Source: the human T2T-CHM13v2.0 reference genome, Homo sapiens. From it: a stretch of 64,000 nt of DNA. This document shows, one piece after another, positions 1 to 18,883 of this stretch. The position numbers and the translations under genes were made by a program. How positions within the stretch are numbered: the stretch's first letter is position 1; every line of letters starts with the position of its first letter. The notes below the pieces were generated by a model. That model saw nothing but the letters and a program-made list of their open reading frames with translations. It made no database searches and was not told the DNA's origin. The stretch lies in the NCBI RefSeq assembly GCF_009914755.1, contig NC_060931.1; one strand, given 5' to 3'.

Positions 1-1764
1 TATGAATTAATTTATCAGTATCAATTTATTGACTAGGTAGGTCCTGAAATCAGGTAAAAACTCACAAAGATCAAAATCACATCTAAGTCACAGAAGATCT
101 AAATTACTCCACTGATGCATACATATACATGCTCGTGGCAAATTTTAAAAATTAAAATAGTATCTTATGCTTAAATTTATAGATATCCTAAATAACTTAT
201 GAGCTACCCATAAAATAGGCCATATACTCCCATTAACAAGACAGAAGTAGAGAAAAAATATGGAATTATAATTTTTCCATGTATGTAATTATATTCTATA
301 GTCTATCCCTTTGAAAAGTAACACAGAGTAGGGGTTAAGCATAAGGTCTCTAAAACCCTGAAACCTGGGATCCAATATCCCACTTCTATTAGGTGTTAGC
401 TATGTGACCTCAGGCACGCAATGTAACACCTCTGTATGTTGCTTTCCTTATCCACAAAACATGGATGAGCTCAAAGGAACAAACTTCACAAACTGTTGTG
501 AAGACTGATTATACCTTTTAGAGCAGTCCTTGGCACTCAGGAAGGGTAACCAATTAATGTTAACACTTACTCTGTATAACCACAATTATAATGGTATGAG
601 CCAAATTGGCTTTATTGCTCGAAATCAACCCTTTCCCTACAAACTGTTCCCTTTCTCACCTGTGCTCAGATACTGATTCTCCCAGTTCTTTCAATCTGCC
701 TCCTTCTGCCAACACATTGATGACTTGGCGGCTGATGAGCCCTGAAGGGTAATTTTCTGCTGGAGTTGGAGGCCCTCAAGTGACTGACCACAGGATGTCA
801 AAATTGCTCCTAAGTAGGTCTTGCTATATTTCTTCTGTTTTATTCTTTTTGAATATGTTTTGTTGTTGCCGCAGTTATTCTATTCCTGCTGAATTATGCA
901 GTGGACAGATGGGGAGCAGATCACTTTTTTCTTAGTTCATGAAGTGCCGTCTCCAGCCCTGAAATAGATTTCCACATAAGTACATCACCCAGAGATCCTA
1001 AACTCTGGGCTTGGAATCCTTGCACAATGGAATTCCTCAGTTGTAACCTTCCAAAGGGGGTGAATATATTTCTTGCATAGGAGAGTGAATTCAGTATTTT
1101 GTTACCGAAGAGCAGATTTAGGGAGTCACTAGTGCTATTCTCCAGATATTTTATTTTCCTTTCTGGTACATGCTCCTTTGAAGTTAGGTGTGGCCACGTG
1201 ACTTACATGTAATGTGAACAAAAGTGATGTGTCACTTCAGAGTGGAAGCTTTAAGTTTCAGTAAATAATTCACCACTTTCTCCATCCCCTGCCTTGCTGA
1301 TGGTGGAATTATGTCAAGGTCGTGCCTCCATCAGCCTCGGTTCCAGAGTGCTTATAACCCCCTCAACAATGTGCAGAGCCCCCCATAGGCTAAGGTGGAC
1401 ACATAGTTTGAGAAAAAAAAAAAAACCTTTTGTGACAATGCACTGAAATTTTGGAATTGTTTTTTCAGTATCACCTAGCTCATGCCATTACAGAAAACAG
1501 TTAGCCTCACTGCCATCCCTGGGAGATTCCCTGCAATCCCTGTTCTTGCTCCCAATAAAAGCCCTTTCCCTTAGTCTCCCAACTCACACCAGAGACCCAG
1601 GATATAGTTTCAGGCTGACATTGCAAGACAATATTTAGAAAAGAACAACTCAAAGGCTCTGCAGTCAACCTACCTAGCTAATTTGAGGTTCCACCACTTA
1701 CTAATTAGCCAAATGACTGAGCAACGTATTTAATATGTGTAAAATGGGGGTAACAGTGTTCATC

Positions 1765-2300
1765 TGTTTCAGTTACTATGCCTGTGTAAGAAACCACAAA
1801 ACTTAATGGTGTCAAACAAGCTTTTTTATTATGCTCACAGATTTGTGAATGAAGAACTTGGACAGAGCACACAACAGGGATGGCTCATCTCTCCTTCCCA
1901 TGCATGGGCTCCAGGTAGAAGACTCAAAGATTAGCAGCTGGAACCATCTGGAGCCTCACTCCCTGACACAGCTGGCAGTTGGTGGCTGCTGTTGGCTGTC
2001 GACTAAGCCCTTTGCTAGGGGAGTCAGCCCAAACTCACATACAGCCTCTCCACGTGGCCTGGGCTTCCTTATACATCAAAAGAGAGAAAGCAGAAGCTAC
2101 ATCATTTTTTGTGACCTGGTTTCAGAAGTCATGCAGCATCGCTTCCACTGTATTCTACTACTAGGCAATTGCAAAATCTTGCCCAGGCTCAAGGAGAGAA
2201 GAAATAGGCTGCTTCTTCAGGGGGGCAGCCAGGCTCCGGAAGAGTACATGGGACCAGGAACACTGCTATGGCCACTTTTAGAAAATAAAATCTGCCACAC
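1765..2300. mobile_element. Old MaLR (MLT1-like) LTR
   Basis: cagttactatg...aaccacaaaacttaatgg...gctcacagat opening and ...atctgccaca end; family from memory. Confidence 0.5.
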
Positions 2301-3579
2301 TTCCTAAGATTGGAATGAGCTAACACAATAAAAGTACTTAGAAAAGCTGCAAAGTACATGCTTGGTATTGATTTTTCCACTGCACAGTCTAGAACCACAC
2401 ATAACTGCCTCCCTGCCCAGCTTCCACTTTGCTTCTTCGTGGCCAGACTTTCCCTTCTTAGGGACCTAGTCCAATGATCCTTTATCAAAGATTCTAGACC
2501 AAACTAAGGCAATTCCAAGACAGGAGGCATTCAGGAGCATGCTCTGACTCTGTGGGCTCAAGATGTTCATATCACAGTCTAATACAAGCAAATTTCCCAC
2601 AAAGTATAATCCTCTGGAGACTGGGCTATCATAGGCTTAAGGTTAGTTCCTTTTTATGTTTTTCCTTGTAAAGGACTTAAGAAGCTTTCAGGCCTTATGT
2701 CAACCAAGATAACCTACCACACATATACAATTGTCCCTTTGTAGCAAAAGATCTTCAAGAAAATGTTAAAACTTTAAAAGTAGATTTTAGGTGGATTTTA
2801 CTTTTCTTTTTTTTTTAAAATAGAAGTGTATCATTCTGTCAAACTATACGGTACCTTTTAGCAGATTTTAAGAGAAAGTGAAATAAACCTCTAAAGGGCG
2901 GGTCATTCACGACAGTGCTCACATCAGACTGAAATGGCAGAATGACATCAGCTAATAATCTTTTAGTTTATGCTCAAAAGAACTGGACTATTGGCTGTTA
3001 GAGATGCTGTGTAGATTAGTGCCTCCTTGGCACTAAATTACCAATATCCAGGAAAACAGGTTTAGCCAATAAGTGAGCTATTAAGTCATGTGTACAACAA
3101 TTCAAGGGCCGTTTCTTCAAATCTTCTATAATTTAAATTGCAAAAGAAGAGAAAAAGCTAGCTTTATTCTTTGTGCCAAGAACCTTCTATAAGCCTTGTG
3201 TGTAGTTTGAAATCCAGAAAGGTGCTGCCATTATAATTGACGTATAGTTTGCTGCTATGAAATTGGCTTAACTAAGTATCTTTACTATCAAACTTCTGGG
3301 TGATAACTAAATATGCCAAATCTCAGTCACTAAAGTTAAAAATCTAGAGCCAGACCCCACTCCCTGGAAAACTGGCAATTTGGGGTTTATGTCATACATG
3401 AATCTTGTCATGTACACTGTGTAATCATTCTCAACCAAGTTTCCCAAGTATTTTCGATGTCATTTAGCTTGGCTGTCTGAGGCTTTACCAGGAATAAATA
3501 TGCCTAGAATCAAATCATTCTAGGTTTAGGCAACTTAAGCACCTACAAACACAAGATTATCATTAAAAGTCATCTACTA

Positions 3580-3887
<308 letters not shown>

Positions 3888-4200
3888 TCATCTAAGATGA
3901 ATGACTTTCCTCACTTTCTTAGCGATATTCTTAAATCATACAGGCTTATGGGTAGCCTAAAATACACCCTTCTTCCAACTTACCAGATAATTTTCTGCCT
4001 ACTCACTCCTCTATTAAGCATCCTTGTATTTATCTGTACACCAGCAATTCCCTTTTCAAAAGTTTCTAAGAACTAAATTCACCTTTATAATGTATTTCAA
4101 AATGTTGTCCCTAAACAACCAATGAGCATTCAAATGAAAATCTTCTACCTGTTCTTTGAATGCGTTATTGTACTTTCTCTTTCAAGTAGGTTTAGACTTT

Positions 4201-5795
<1,595 letters not shown>

Positions 5796-6196
5796 AGGAC
5801 AAGTCTCCAGAAGTGGCTTTGGCTCAACATAAAAGAGAAAAAAATGAACTACTATCTTGCAAAATAGAGCTGTGATGAACTCCTATAGAAGATTCAAGTC
5901 TGAGTCTGCCTAGGCAGCTGTTAGGAATGTAGGCAGAACAAAAATAGTGTAGTCCTTTGATGACGTCCCTAAGATGAGGCAAGGACTGGTAGGAAGCCAC
6001 ACGGGCACAAGATGCAAATGTCATCTAAAGCAGCTCTGCCAGGAGAGGGCTGTGAGTTCTTGCAGACATCTGATCATTTTCCCTTTTCCTAGCTTACCCT
6101 CCACTTTACTGTGATACAGCAAAACAGTTCTAGTTACCTCTTATGAAGAGACTGCATGAACATAAATGACTACAGCAATGGTTTAGATTTAGGACT

Positions 6197-6202
6197 TTTA
6201 TT
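6197..6202 (-). terminator. ASNS polyadenylation signal AATAAA
   Basis: tttatt on + strand, about 110 nt downstream of the stop codon. Confidence 0.8.
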
Positions 6203-6312
6203 TTTTTCACACCCAAGTTAGCCTGAGTTGACTCTCATTGTTCCCCTATCTACCCACAGTCCCCATCCAACACGAAGAAATATTTGCTTTCACATTACAG
6301 CATAAAGACCAC

Positions 6313-6579
<267 letters not shown>

Positions 6580-6976
6580 TTAGTCTCATTTCACGAAACA
6601 GAAAATGTTAAGACGTGACTGTAACTTGTATGAGACCCTTTGAATCACCCATCACTTAGAAAATGCTGAAGTATTCATAATATGGATAGCTGCAGTGCCT
6701 TTTAAAGAACACTCATATGCATATTTTTAATACTTGGTGGCTCTGTTTTAGTCATTTGTGCCTAACAAGATCTGGCACCCAGCAGGTGCCCAAAAATCTG
6801 ATAAATGAAAATCAGTGATGATTAGTAGTAAGTCTCCTCTCTCTCTCGATTCTAGATGCTACTTTATAATCCTTCATGCTACTTAATTCTTACGTAATTC
6901 TTACAAAAGAGATAATTGTTTACAGAGACTCTGAATCTCTCTGATAGGGACATCCTATCAGAGAGATATCTGATGT

Positions 6977-7042
6977 ATGTATCATTCAAACTAAATACAT
7001 GTATCATTCAAACTAAATACATGTATCATTCAAACTAAATAC
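6977..7042. repeat. 22-bp minisatellite, 3 perfect copies
   Basis: (ATGTATCATTCAAACTAAATAC)x3. Confidence 0.97.
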
Positions 7043-7110
7043 AAAATGAACAGCAATGACAGCTCTGCATCCAAACTGTCTTATTCCTGAAAATGTTTTT
7101 AAAGACATTA

Positions 7111-7463
<353 letters not shown>

Positions 7464-8632
7464 CTAAATTAAAATGGGTATTTAGTGCCTGCCAGGTTAG
7501 GTTCTGATTCAGTTTCCCATCAATTCAACCAGATCTTAAGAAATGTTAAGGTCATACAGTCACATACAAGCCTCCTAATGACTGCCCTACACTAATGAAT
7601 AGATACAAAAAATAAATCTTCATTTAAAATAATACATATATCATGTCATCTAGGGAGTAAAACTAACTGAGACTATTACTTTTACTTTCCCTTCTAGGAA
7701 TAGTTAAATGCATATTTCAAAAAGCAGAAAAAGTTACAAAACATGAGTGACCCAATCATTAAGAAAATACCTTGCCTAGACCTAACTCAGTGTTTACTAG
7801 GTGAGACCATCTCTTCTAACAATTGTGATGACGATACAGTATTTTTTTGCCACTGATTAAAAATTCACATACAATATGCGATATAAACCAGTGTCCCACT
7901 ATATTTCATCAAATTCCAAATCACCGGTTTCCTGAAGCCTAGTGACTCTAGTTAGGACAAGCAGAGAGGATAATGACCAGATTCAGTTCATTCCTCAAAC
8001 CCATATTTAATTATATCCTTATCTAGGTGTGATTCAGCAGAGGCAACTAAGACATTTAATGTCAGTTGTTTATCCTGTACAGTAAAAGTCTTCAGTTCTT
8101 CAACATAACTTTAGACAACTAGAAATGATAACCAAAGAAACCTGGTTCTTTATAATGTAATCAAACCCCTTGTATCTTCACTACTCTATTCCCTCAGGGT
8201 CACTACAGCACCACATGGGCACGGTGGGCACTCACTACTTGTCACATGATGTTTACGATCTTTACTTCTCTTTAAAACACTTAACGGTAGCTGCTGTAGC
8301 AGCCTTGCCTCTTCCATCTTGGTTGTTCAGATGTGAGCAGAATGTTGTTACCCTTTAAAGGTGAAAACTCCACCTCAAACAACCTATGGAAGAAGACTTC
8401 TCTCCATATACCACAACACCACTTTGAAATGTGGCCTAATCCTTTTGGGACAAAGTTAAGAAACAGCTTCATTTTCTCTATAAAAGTCACACTTTGTAAC
8501 ATATAGCCAACTATATGTAACATATAGCCAATCAGCTATTGATTTTTATTTTCTCAGGGTATTGAGCTTTTTGTTTTGTTTTGTTTTTGGTGTTTTTTTG
8601 TTTTTGTTTTACAATAGCCTCTAAAAATATTA

Positions 8633-8734
<102 letters not shown>

Positions 8735-9027
8735 CTATTTCACAAACAAAAACACCAAGAGTTTTGCTTTTGGCACACAAAGCAGTTTTTCTTTCTCCCT
8801 CTCCAATCCTAAAGGTGGATAAGACAAAAAGTTAAACAAATTTAGGGAAGGGAGTAAATAACTGAACAGAGGTAAGCAATGCTTCACAAAACATGCCTTC
8901 CTTCCTACCAAACTGCTAATATTAGAATAAAATGAACACAATGGGCAACAGTCATAATTCCACAGGATGCTAAGAAATGGCAGAAAGGGGATTCTCAAGC
9001 TTAAGTAGTTTTATTTATTTATTTTTA

Positions 9028-9196
<169 letters not shown>

Positions 9197-9357
9197 TAAC
9201 TAGTTTTAAAGAATAAAAATTATCTGACACATTAAAATTTCTTTCTTCCCCAAGAGATAGAAAGCAAACACTATCAGATTCCCTTTTGTAACCTCACAAG
9301 ATACTCAAAAATATCACTGTCATACTGAAAGATGATAGAAAATAGTCAAACAATTCA

Positions 9358-9513
<156 letters not shown>

Positions 9514-10731
9514 TTAAATGAGAGAGAGAAATTAACTTTAATGTCAACATAACCTTCCACCAAAAATGCCTTTGATTTGATTTTTGGAAATAATTGAAAG
9601 CTTTACTACTATACTGGACTTCATATTAATATAAAGTAGTTTCCACAATAATGACCTTGTATTTATAAGCCATTTATATGTACTTAATCCAAAAGTACTA
9701 CTGTAAAATAAAATAACCCGGAACCATTTTGTCATTTTCTAAACAGGTTTTAAAATTCTAATGTTTTTAGACCAAGAATGTCCACCTCAAAACTTTGCTA
9801 AGCTGAACAATGACTCAAATACCTAAAAATCATGCCTTTCATAGTGGTATTATGACACAAAAATAAGAATAACCGTTTTGGTGGTTTAGTGTTAATTTTG
9901 ATGGGTATTTTCCCCCTGCCACTCCCCATTTACCAGATTTCACATAAAGCTGGGGAGACTATATAAGTTATTAAACTTGCCTCCTTGGTCCTGCACCACA
10001 TCTCTCTAAACCAGTGTTTCTTCTCAACCTTGTTTTTATTATCACCTCAGCTAGAGAGCCTTTTTAGACACTTATTTTCCTAACCTCACCCCAGCCCCAT
10101 GAAATTCCAATACCAGAGCTATCCTGTCTATCTGCTTATTTATTGTGATGTTTTGGAGGGCCATAAACCATTGTAATACCTAAGATATTTTTGCCTTCCA
10201 AGGCAAGTCTCTCAAGGGAGGCAGTAGCATATAAAGGCTCAATAACACTGGATCAGTCTGATTTGGGGTATACTTCCAATCTCAGTAGATACATTATCTA
10301 CAAGATAAAATTAGTATTGTTTGCAGAGCAATGATAGCTAGTGACTGGTAAGTTGTGTGATGGAATATATCTAAAATGACTATTTCTTATCAAAAATGCA
10401 TTACCAAAAAGACCTATTTCCTCACTGTATATAGACTGTAGCCCAAGAAACTATAAGAGAAATGGGAGGTAGAGGGCAGAAAATATGTATCTGCTCCCTG
10501 GGGAAACACCAACAGTGACACCAACAATGTGGAGGTTGAACTACGTATTTACTATTCCCTTCACTCCAAAAGAGATTCAGAGAATTCTTAAGTGGTCTTA
10601 AATAATCAGTAACATAGGGATTTAATTTGCATTCATCCTTAAATAACATTTTAAAACTATGGCTTGAAATAATTTTTTTAAACCTTACATTTTTTTCAGT
10701 ATTAAAAAAAGCTTTTTATTTAAGAATATCA

Positions 10732-10893
<162 letters not shown>

Positions 10894-11714
10894 TTACTTG
10901 TTAAAGAAAATAACTTCCCTTGAAAATCAAACATGATGGGAGTTCACAAAGCTTTATGAATTAACAATGGTGAAAACTAAACAAGGGAAAAAAAGAAAAA
11001 TGACTTTACAGCCCACCACATACAAGCCCCATCCAGCACTGTTCCCTCGCCTGCTTCAACTCCACCACCAGGAAGTAAGTCTCCCCTCAGCTCCTCTGGT
11101 GCCAAGGCTTCAACCATTCTCCCAGTTGGCACCTCCCTCTCTACCTATTTTACCTAACCCACCTCATCTCTCTCTAGTCCAACATGGTCCCACGCTAAGC
11201 TTGGTCTTTTTTGGTCCTTCTTAAATGCCTAATTTTATATCCAGGATGTTATTCTTATATAGAATGGCCCTTCCCCTCATTCTGCTTTCCTTGGCTATTT
11301 TGGATTCTCTCGGCATTGATTACCTTGCACTGAGACTGCTCTCTAGCTTTTTCTCATCCATGCTACGAAAGTCCTCTATAGTGGGAACTAGGTCTCCCGC
11401 TCACTGAATACAGACAAGCTGCCCTCTGCCCACAGTATTCTAAATACAGTACTTTCAAAAATAATAATAACAGCTAACACTCATTAAGTACTTACTACAT
11501 GCTAAGTTCTACCCTACTTACTTTACATGAATTATATCATTTCACCTTAAAATTTCCCCATAGCAGACACTATTATTTTGGTTACATAAATGAGTAGAGC
11601 CAGGATTTCAAACCACAAGTCAGGTTCCAAAGTCTGCAGTCTTAGCCATGATACTATGCCTTTACGTTTAAAAAAAAAAAAAAAAAAAAACGAACAAAAA
11701 ACCCTTTTTTTTAA

Positions 11715-12068
11715 TTTTTCAAGATGGGGTCTTGCTACGTTGCCCAGCCTGGACTTGAACTCCTGAGCTCAGACCTCCCCCCACAGCCTCCCAAGTATCT
11801 GGGACTATAGGTGTGTGCCACTGCACCTGACTTATGCCTTTACTTTCTTTTTTTTTTGAGACAAGGTCTCGCTCTGTCACCCAGGCTCCCATAAGGCTAA
11901 GACTACAGGCATGCGTCACCAAGCCTGGCTAGTTTTTGTATTTTTTTGTAGAGATGGAGTTTCATTATGTTGCTCAGGCTGGTTTCAAACTCCTGACCTC
12001 AGGTAATCTACCTCCCTCAGCCTCGTAAAGTGCTGGGATTACAGGTGTAGGCCACCATGCCCAGACAC
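11715..12068 (-). mobile_element. Alu monomer plus internally deleted Alu
   Basis: Two adjacent antisense Alu pieces. Confidence 0.85.
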
Positions 12069-12273
12069 CTTTACTTTCAAAAGAGCATACTTATCATCAT
12101 AGGGTCTTTGTGAGAATTGCATGGGTCATAACAGATAAAAGTACACAGAGGACAGTGTACAACACAGTGCATATCCAACAGCCATTTCATTCTATTTTAA
12201 TACAATCAATTTAAAACAATTGACCCAGTCAATACAGCAGCAGTAGAATCACCCATTATTGACTCCATTTTCA

Positions 12274-12690
<417 letters not shown>

Positions 12691-12895
12691 TCACTCTTAA
12701 CACCAATAACATAGCTATAGTGTAACTCAAGTTGGAGTATGACTATGACTATTAAATACAGCTTATAAAAAATCATTTCCATCCTATAATGAAGGAAAGA
12801 GTAAATCATACAGTAAATATTTTATAGTAAAAACCAAAGGGATGGCTACAAATCATTTCAATTAAACACACATGAAATATAATTAGGTTTTTTTA

Positions 12896-13027
<132 letters not shown>

Positions 13028-13212
13028 TCAAACAGCTCCAGAAAATCTTGGGCTGGATTAGTTATTGAAATGAAATACACAATCATCAACATCTATCATG
13101 ATGGTATTTACTCAATGGTGGAGTGTGCCAAATCTTAATGTGTTCCCTCCAAACAAAATAGGAAGTAGGTCTTGAAACTAAAATCATTCAAATGATGGGA
13201 GAATACAACTTA

Positions 13213-13473
<261 letters not shown>

Positions 13474-15076
13474 TTATTCAAATTAGGTAACCCTTCCCAA
13501 TAACTTTCACGATTAGTTAACATCATCTACGTTCCTATTTTCCCTTTTTAATACAAACACATACCCATTAAATAAGCAAAATAGGAAAAAAAATTTTCTA
13601 TTTTCCTAAGCCCTACCATCTACTTACCTGAGAGACAATAATGGCACAGGGATATACTGCCAAATTACACTAACTTTTCGTAATTCAAAGAAATAGAAAA
13701 ATCTCCAGTGTTCAATTTCTTCTTCTTAGATTTCTAATCAAGAAAACCTATTTTCTATACTAAAGCAAATACACAAAAGGAAAAGACACACTTATGAAGC
13801 AAAGGGATGAACTGGAGTCCTAATGTTATGATAGGCTGGGAGTCATTTATTTGTCATCACTGAGGTATTTTCAGAACACAGCCATGGTTCCCAGACCTTT
13901 AACAAGTACAATGATCCACTTTTACCTACTTTAAAGTCAGATAAGAAGACATCTATCCCTTAACTAGTTGTTATACACTATATGTGAATAAAACCATATA
14001 ACTTAAATTTCCTCAATAAATTCTCACAGACAGTACAGTACCCAACCTCTCATCACCATGATCTTTGATACAAACATCAATGTTTTATTGTAGATCGTAA
14101 TGGACTATCTACATGGAATACTCGTGATTTACAATTTGAGATTGTCTACCCAGCCAGTAACCTGTGTAGCACTGAATTCAAATACCAGAAAAAGGACCCA
14201 GATTCCCTCACCAGCCAGCAGAGCTCAAGTGAGCTACACAACCCGGATAGGGAATGGGGAGTAATTAAAAGGTTTTAAGCAGGCAATACTATAATCAGAT
14301 GAGATTTTGACAGGTTATTCTAAAAGCACTGAGAAAAGAAAATTGTTGCAGTATTCCAGATGAGATAATTTGGTCTGGAAAAGGACAGTGTCAAGGATAT
14401 AGAAAAGAACAATTAAGGAATTTCAGAGGGTAAGTTCCATAGCAAGTGATCATCAGGCTCAAAGAAGGCCCAGGGGAGCAGGAGGCTGCTTTTCCCCAGT
14501 GTTCTCTTTACCAGGCTTTCCCAGCAGTCCTGGCAACTGACATATATATATGCTTGTTCTTTGCCATCTGATCACACTAGAAATGCCTGAAAATAAGCCA
14601 GTTCCACTATTAGTACAAACACTGTGACTAGTGTCCTAAGGACCCCTTTGATTGATCTCATTATCCCTGCTTCAGCCAATATTAAATCTGAAAATTAAGT
14701 GAGAAAGAATTTAAAGAATGGCAAAAAGAGGCAGGGAGAGAGATATTAGGATGTTACTGCTGTACAGGTAAGGGATAAAAGATAAATGTCTTCCTCAAGT
14801 TTACCATCAAAAAGTGCTATGCATGATTTGCAAGTATTTTCTTCCAACTTGTGGGCCGTCTTTTCACTTTCTTGATGGTGTCCTTTGATGTGCAAAAATG
14901 TTTAATTTTGATGAAGTCCAATTCATTGATTTTTATTATTGTTGCTGGTCTCATATTTAAGAAAGCTTTGCCAAATCCAGGGTCATGACAATTTACTTCT
15001 ATGTTTGCTTCTCGGGATTTTATAGTTTTAGCCCTTACATTTAAGTGGATTAGTTCAAAACTGATTCATTTGATCC

Positions 15077-15367
15077 TTTTTTTTTTTTTTTTTTTTGAGA
15101 TGAGTCTCGCTCTGTCACTCAGGCTGGAGTGCAGTTGCGCGATCTCGGCTTACCGCAAGCTCCGTCTCCCGGGTTCACGCCATTCTCCTGCCTCAGCCTC
15201 CTGAGTAGCTGGGACTACAGGCGCCCGCCACCACGCCCGGCTAATTTTTAGTAGAGACGGGGTTTCACTGTGTTAGCCAGGATGGTCTCGATCTCCTGAC
15301 CTCGTGATCCACCCGCCTCGGCCTCCCAAAGTGCTGGGATTACAGGCATAAGCCATCGCGCCTGGCC
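15077..15367 (-). mobile_element. AluY-like
   Basis: CpG-rich; gcaagctccg...ttcacgccattctc. Confidence 0.95.
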
Positions 15368-17579
15368 TGATCCATTTTTCTGTATCCATAATTTTTGTAT
15401 ACGATGTTGGGTAAAGATTCAACTCCAAGTTTTGCATATGGTTACATATCTGGTTGCCCCTGTGCCAGTTTTCAAACTTCTTTCTCCACTGAATAATCTT
15501 GGCACCCTTGTCAAAAATAAGTTGATCATATATGTATGGGTTCATTTCTGACTCTCAATTCTATCCCACTAGTCTATACATCTATCCTTCTGTCAGTATT
15601 ATATTGTCCTTATTACCATTGTCTTGTAGTAAGTTTTAAAATCAGTTAATATGAGGTCTCCTACTTTGTTCCTCATTTTCAAAAGATTGTTTTGGCTATT
15701 CTTAGTCTCTTGCAATTCCATATGAATTTGAGAGTCAGCTTGTAGATTTCACAAAGAACTCATCTGGGATTCTGATAGGGATCAAGTTAAATCTGTAAAT
15801 CAGTTTAGGGAGGACTGCCATCTTAACAATGTTAAGCCTTCAAATCATGATCATGGGATACTTTTCCATTTATTCAGATCTCCTCTCATTTCTTTCAACA
15901 ACATTTTATAGTTTTCAGAGTACAAGTTTTACACTTCTTAAATTTATTTCTAAGTATTTTATTCTTTTTGATGCTATTATAAATGAAGTTGCTTTCTTAA
16001 TTTCATTTTGATTGCTCATTTTAAGTATGTAGTATTCAGTTAAAGTGTGTCAAATACCATTGATTTTTGTATATTCATCTTGTATCCTGCAACCCTGATG
16101 AACAGAAGGGATTTGTATCTAGAATACATAAGGAACTATTACAATTCAGTAATAAAAAGACAAAATAACTCAATTAGAAATGGGTAGTTCAAGAATGGAT
16201 AAACAAATTGCATTGCATGCAAACAAATGGAATATTATTCAGCAAGCACACCAACATGGCACATGTATACATATGTAACAAACCTGCACGTTATGCACAT
16301 GTACCCTAGAACTTAAAGTATAATAATAATAATAATAAATGAGCTATCAAGCCATGAAAAAACACAGAAGAACTATAAATGTATACTGCTAGGTGAAAGA
16401 AGCCAGTCTGAAAAAGCTACATACTATATGATTACAACTATTATACGACATTCTGGGAAAGGCAAAGTGAGAGAGAAAGCAAAAAGATCAGTAATGACTG
16501 GGGGGTTAGGAGGAAGAGGACGGGAGGAAAGAATAAGTGGAGCACAGGAGATTTTTAGGGCAATGAAACTGTTCTACATAATACTGTAATGGTGGGTACA
16601 TGGCATTAAACATTTGTCAAATCCAAAAATCTATAAAACACAAAGAGTGAACCCTTATGTAAACTATGAACTTCAGTTAATATATAAGTATCAGTTCATC
16701 AAATCTAATAAATGTAGCACAGTAATGCAAGATGTTAAGAGTGGGGAAAACTGGGCAGGGGCACTGTAGGGGGAGCATATGTGAACTCTCTGCACTTTCC
16801 TCTCAATTTTTTCTAAAACTGCTCAAAAAAAAAAATAAAGTCTATTATGTTTTTAAAATAAAATGATCCCTAACAGGAAAAAAAAATGGCAAAGGATCTG
16901 AACAAATATTTCTCCAAAGAAGATATACAAATGGCCAATAAGCATAAGATAAGATGCTGGACATCACTGTCAACAGGAAAATACAAATCAAAATCACAAT
17001 GAGATACCACTTCACATACACTAGAATGGCTAGAATTAAAGTCACACACTGTTTGTGAAGATGTGGAGAAACAGAAATTTTAATACACTGCTGGAGTGAA
17101 TAAAAAATGATGCAGCCATTTCAAAAATTAGTCTGGCAGTTCTTCAACTGAACATAGTTATCATGTGTCCCAGCAATTCTACTCCTAGATATACACCCAA
17201 GGGAAATGTCCACACAAAAACTTGTACACCAATGTTTATAGCAGCATTATTCATAATAGCCAAAAGGGGTAAATAATGTCCTAAATGTCCATCAACTGAC
17301 AAGCGAATAAACAAAATGCAGTGTATCCATGTAATGGAATATCATTTGGCCATAAGAAGTAAGTACTGATACATGCTACGGCATAGACAAATCTTGAAAG
17401 CACTATACCAAGTGAAAGAATCCAGTCACAAAAGCCGGTATGATATATAATCCCGTTCATATGAAACATACAGAATAGGGAATCCAGAGGCAGAAAGACT
17501 GGTGATTGCCGGGGCTACAACTGCAGGGGTGCAGCTGATGGATATGGAGAGATGGAATTCAAAGCTAAAGGGCACAGGA

Positions 17580-17752
17580 GGCAGGGTGTTGTGGTGCATG
17601 CCTATACTCCTAGCTACTAGGGAGGCTGAGGTGGGAGAATCGCTTGAGCCCACGAGTTCAAGGCTGCACTGAGCTATCAAACCACCGCACTCCAGCCTGG
17701 GCTGGGCGACTGAGCAAGACCCCATCTCTTCAAACAAACAAACAAACAAAAA
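17580..17752 (+). mobile_element. Alu monomer
   Basis: Alu arm with (CAAA)n tail. Confidence 0.85.
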
Positions 17753-18258
17753 CCTAGTTGATCCTGCCAGCAAAAACTAAGGTAAAGGGCATAGGATTTG
17801 ATTTGGTTTTTTTTGAGGTGGAAAAACAATCCTAAAACTGATTGGAGTGTTGTTTACCAACATCTGTGAATATACTACAAACCACTGAACTGTATACTTC
17901 AAGTGGGTGAATTACATGGTATGTGAATTATCAATAAAGCTGTTTTAGAAATCCTAACACTTGCTGTGCTATAACTGCGCAAAGTACCACAATGCAATAA
18001 TTGCAGAGTCAACCCTACGATTATAGTATGACACAGGAAAACTTAAAACTGCACTTAAGATCAAGCTAGATGTAGAGCATATTAGCACAGCAAAAAATAA
18101 ACGACTGCACTAAAGAATCATCCTTCAAGGATTACAGAATTTAAGTGCTGAAAAGGAGAGTACAACTCCTCTGTTTTTTTAAAAAAAGGTAAAGACTCAT
18201 AACTTAGTCACTTGTAAAATTCTGGATTGCTCTCTAAGAGATTTTCAAATATAATTTA

Positions 18259-18597
<339 letters not shown>

Positions 18598-18883
18598 TCA
18601 CTAATAATTTTTTATTGCAAAGATGCTTCAGTATTTCTGAGCTCTATAATCCTTTCATGCACTTTGGTGATTTAGGAGAATCACAGCATTATTAAACTAT
18701 GGTTCGCTTCAACTCATATTCTGCAAATTCTGTTCAACATAAAGCCGAACCCATGAAAATTTTAGTTGCAGTCTGATAAACAGAACATAATGGGAATGTG
18801 CCAGAACAGTAACCTGTGGAGGGATGGAAATGTATATTATATACATACCATATATGTAATACATACATATATTTATATATATA

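Larger units (their letters stand above)
14822..17950. mobile_element. Old L1M cluster in ASNS intron 4 (minus piece about 14822-16100, plus piece about 16106-17950) with nested Alus and L1 3' ends
   Basis: ORF2-like translations ([19 protein letters not shown]; YVKWYLIVILICI) and L1M 3'UTR sequence. Confidence 0.85.

Noticed and set aside
1849-2307. 152-aa ORF
   Set aside because: Lies in an old MaLR-like LTR; no recognisable domain or splice support.
6977-7042. Possible CRISPR-like array
   Set aside because: Direct tandem copies with no spacers, in a primate intron.
8495-8531. 16-bp direct repeat TGTAACATATAGCCAA x2 (each contains GTTACA on the minus strand)
   Set aside because: Small slippage duplication; the NSRE-2-like hexamer has no adjacent NSRE-1.
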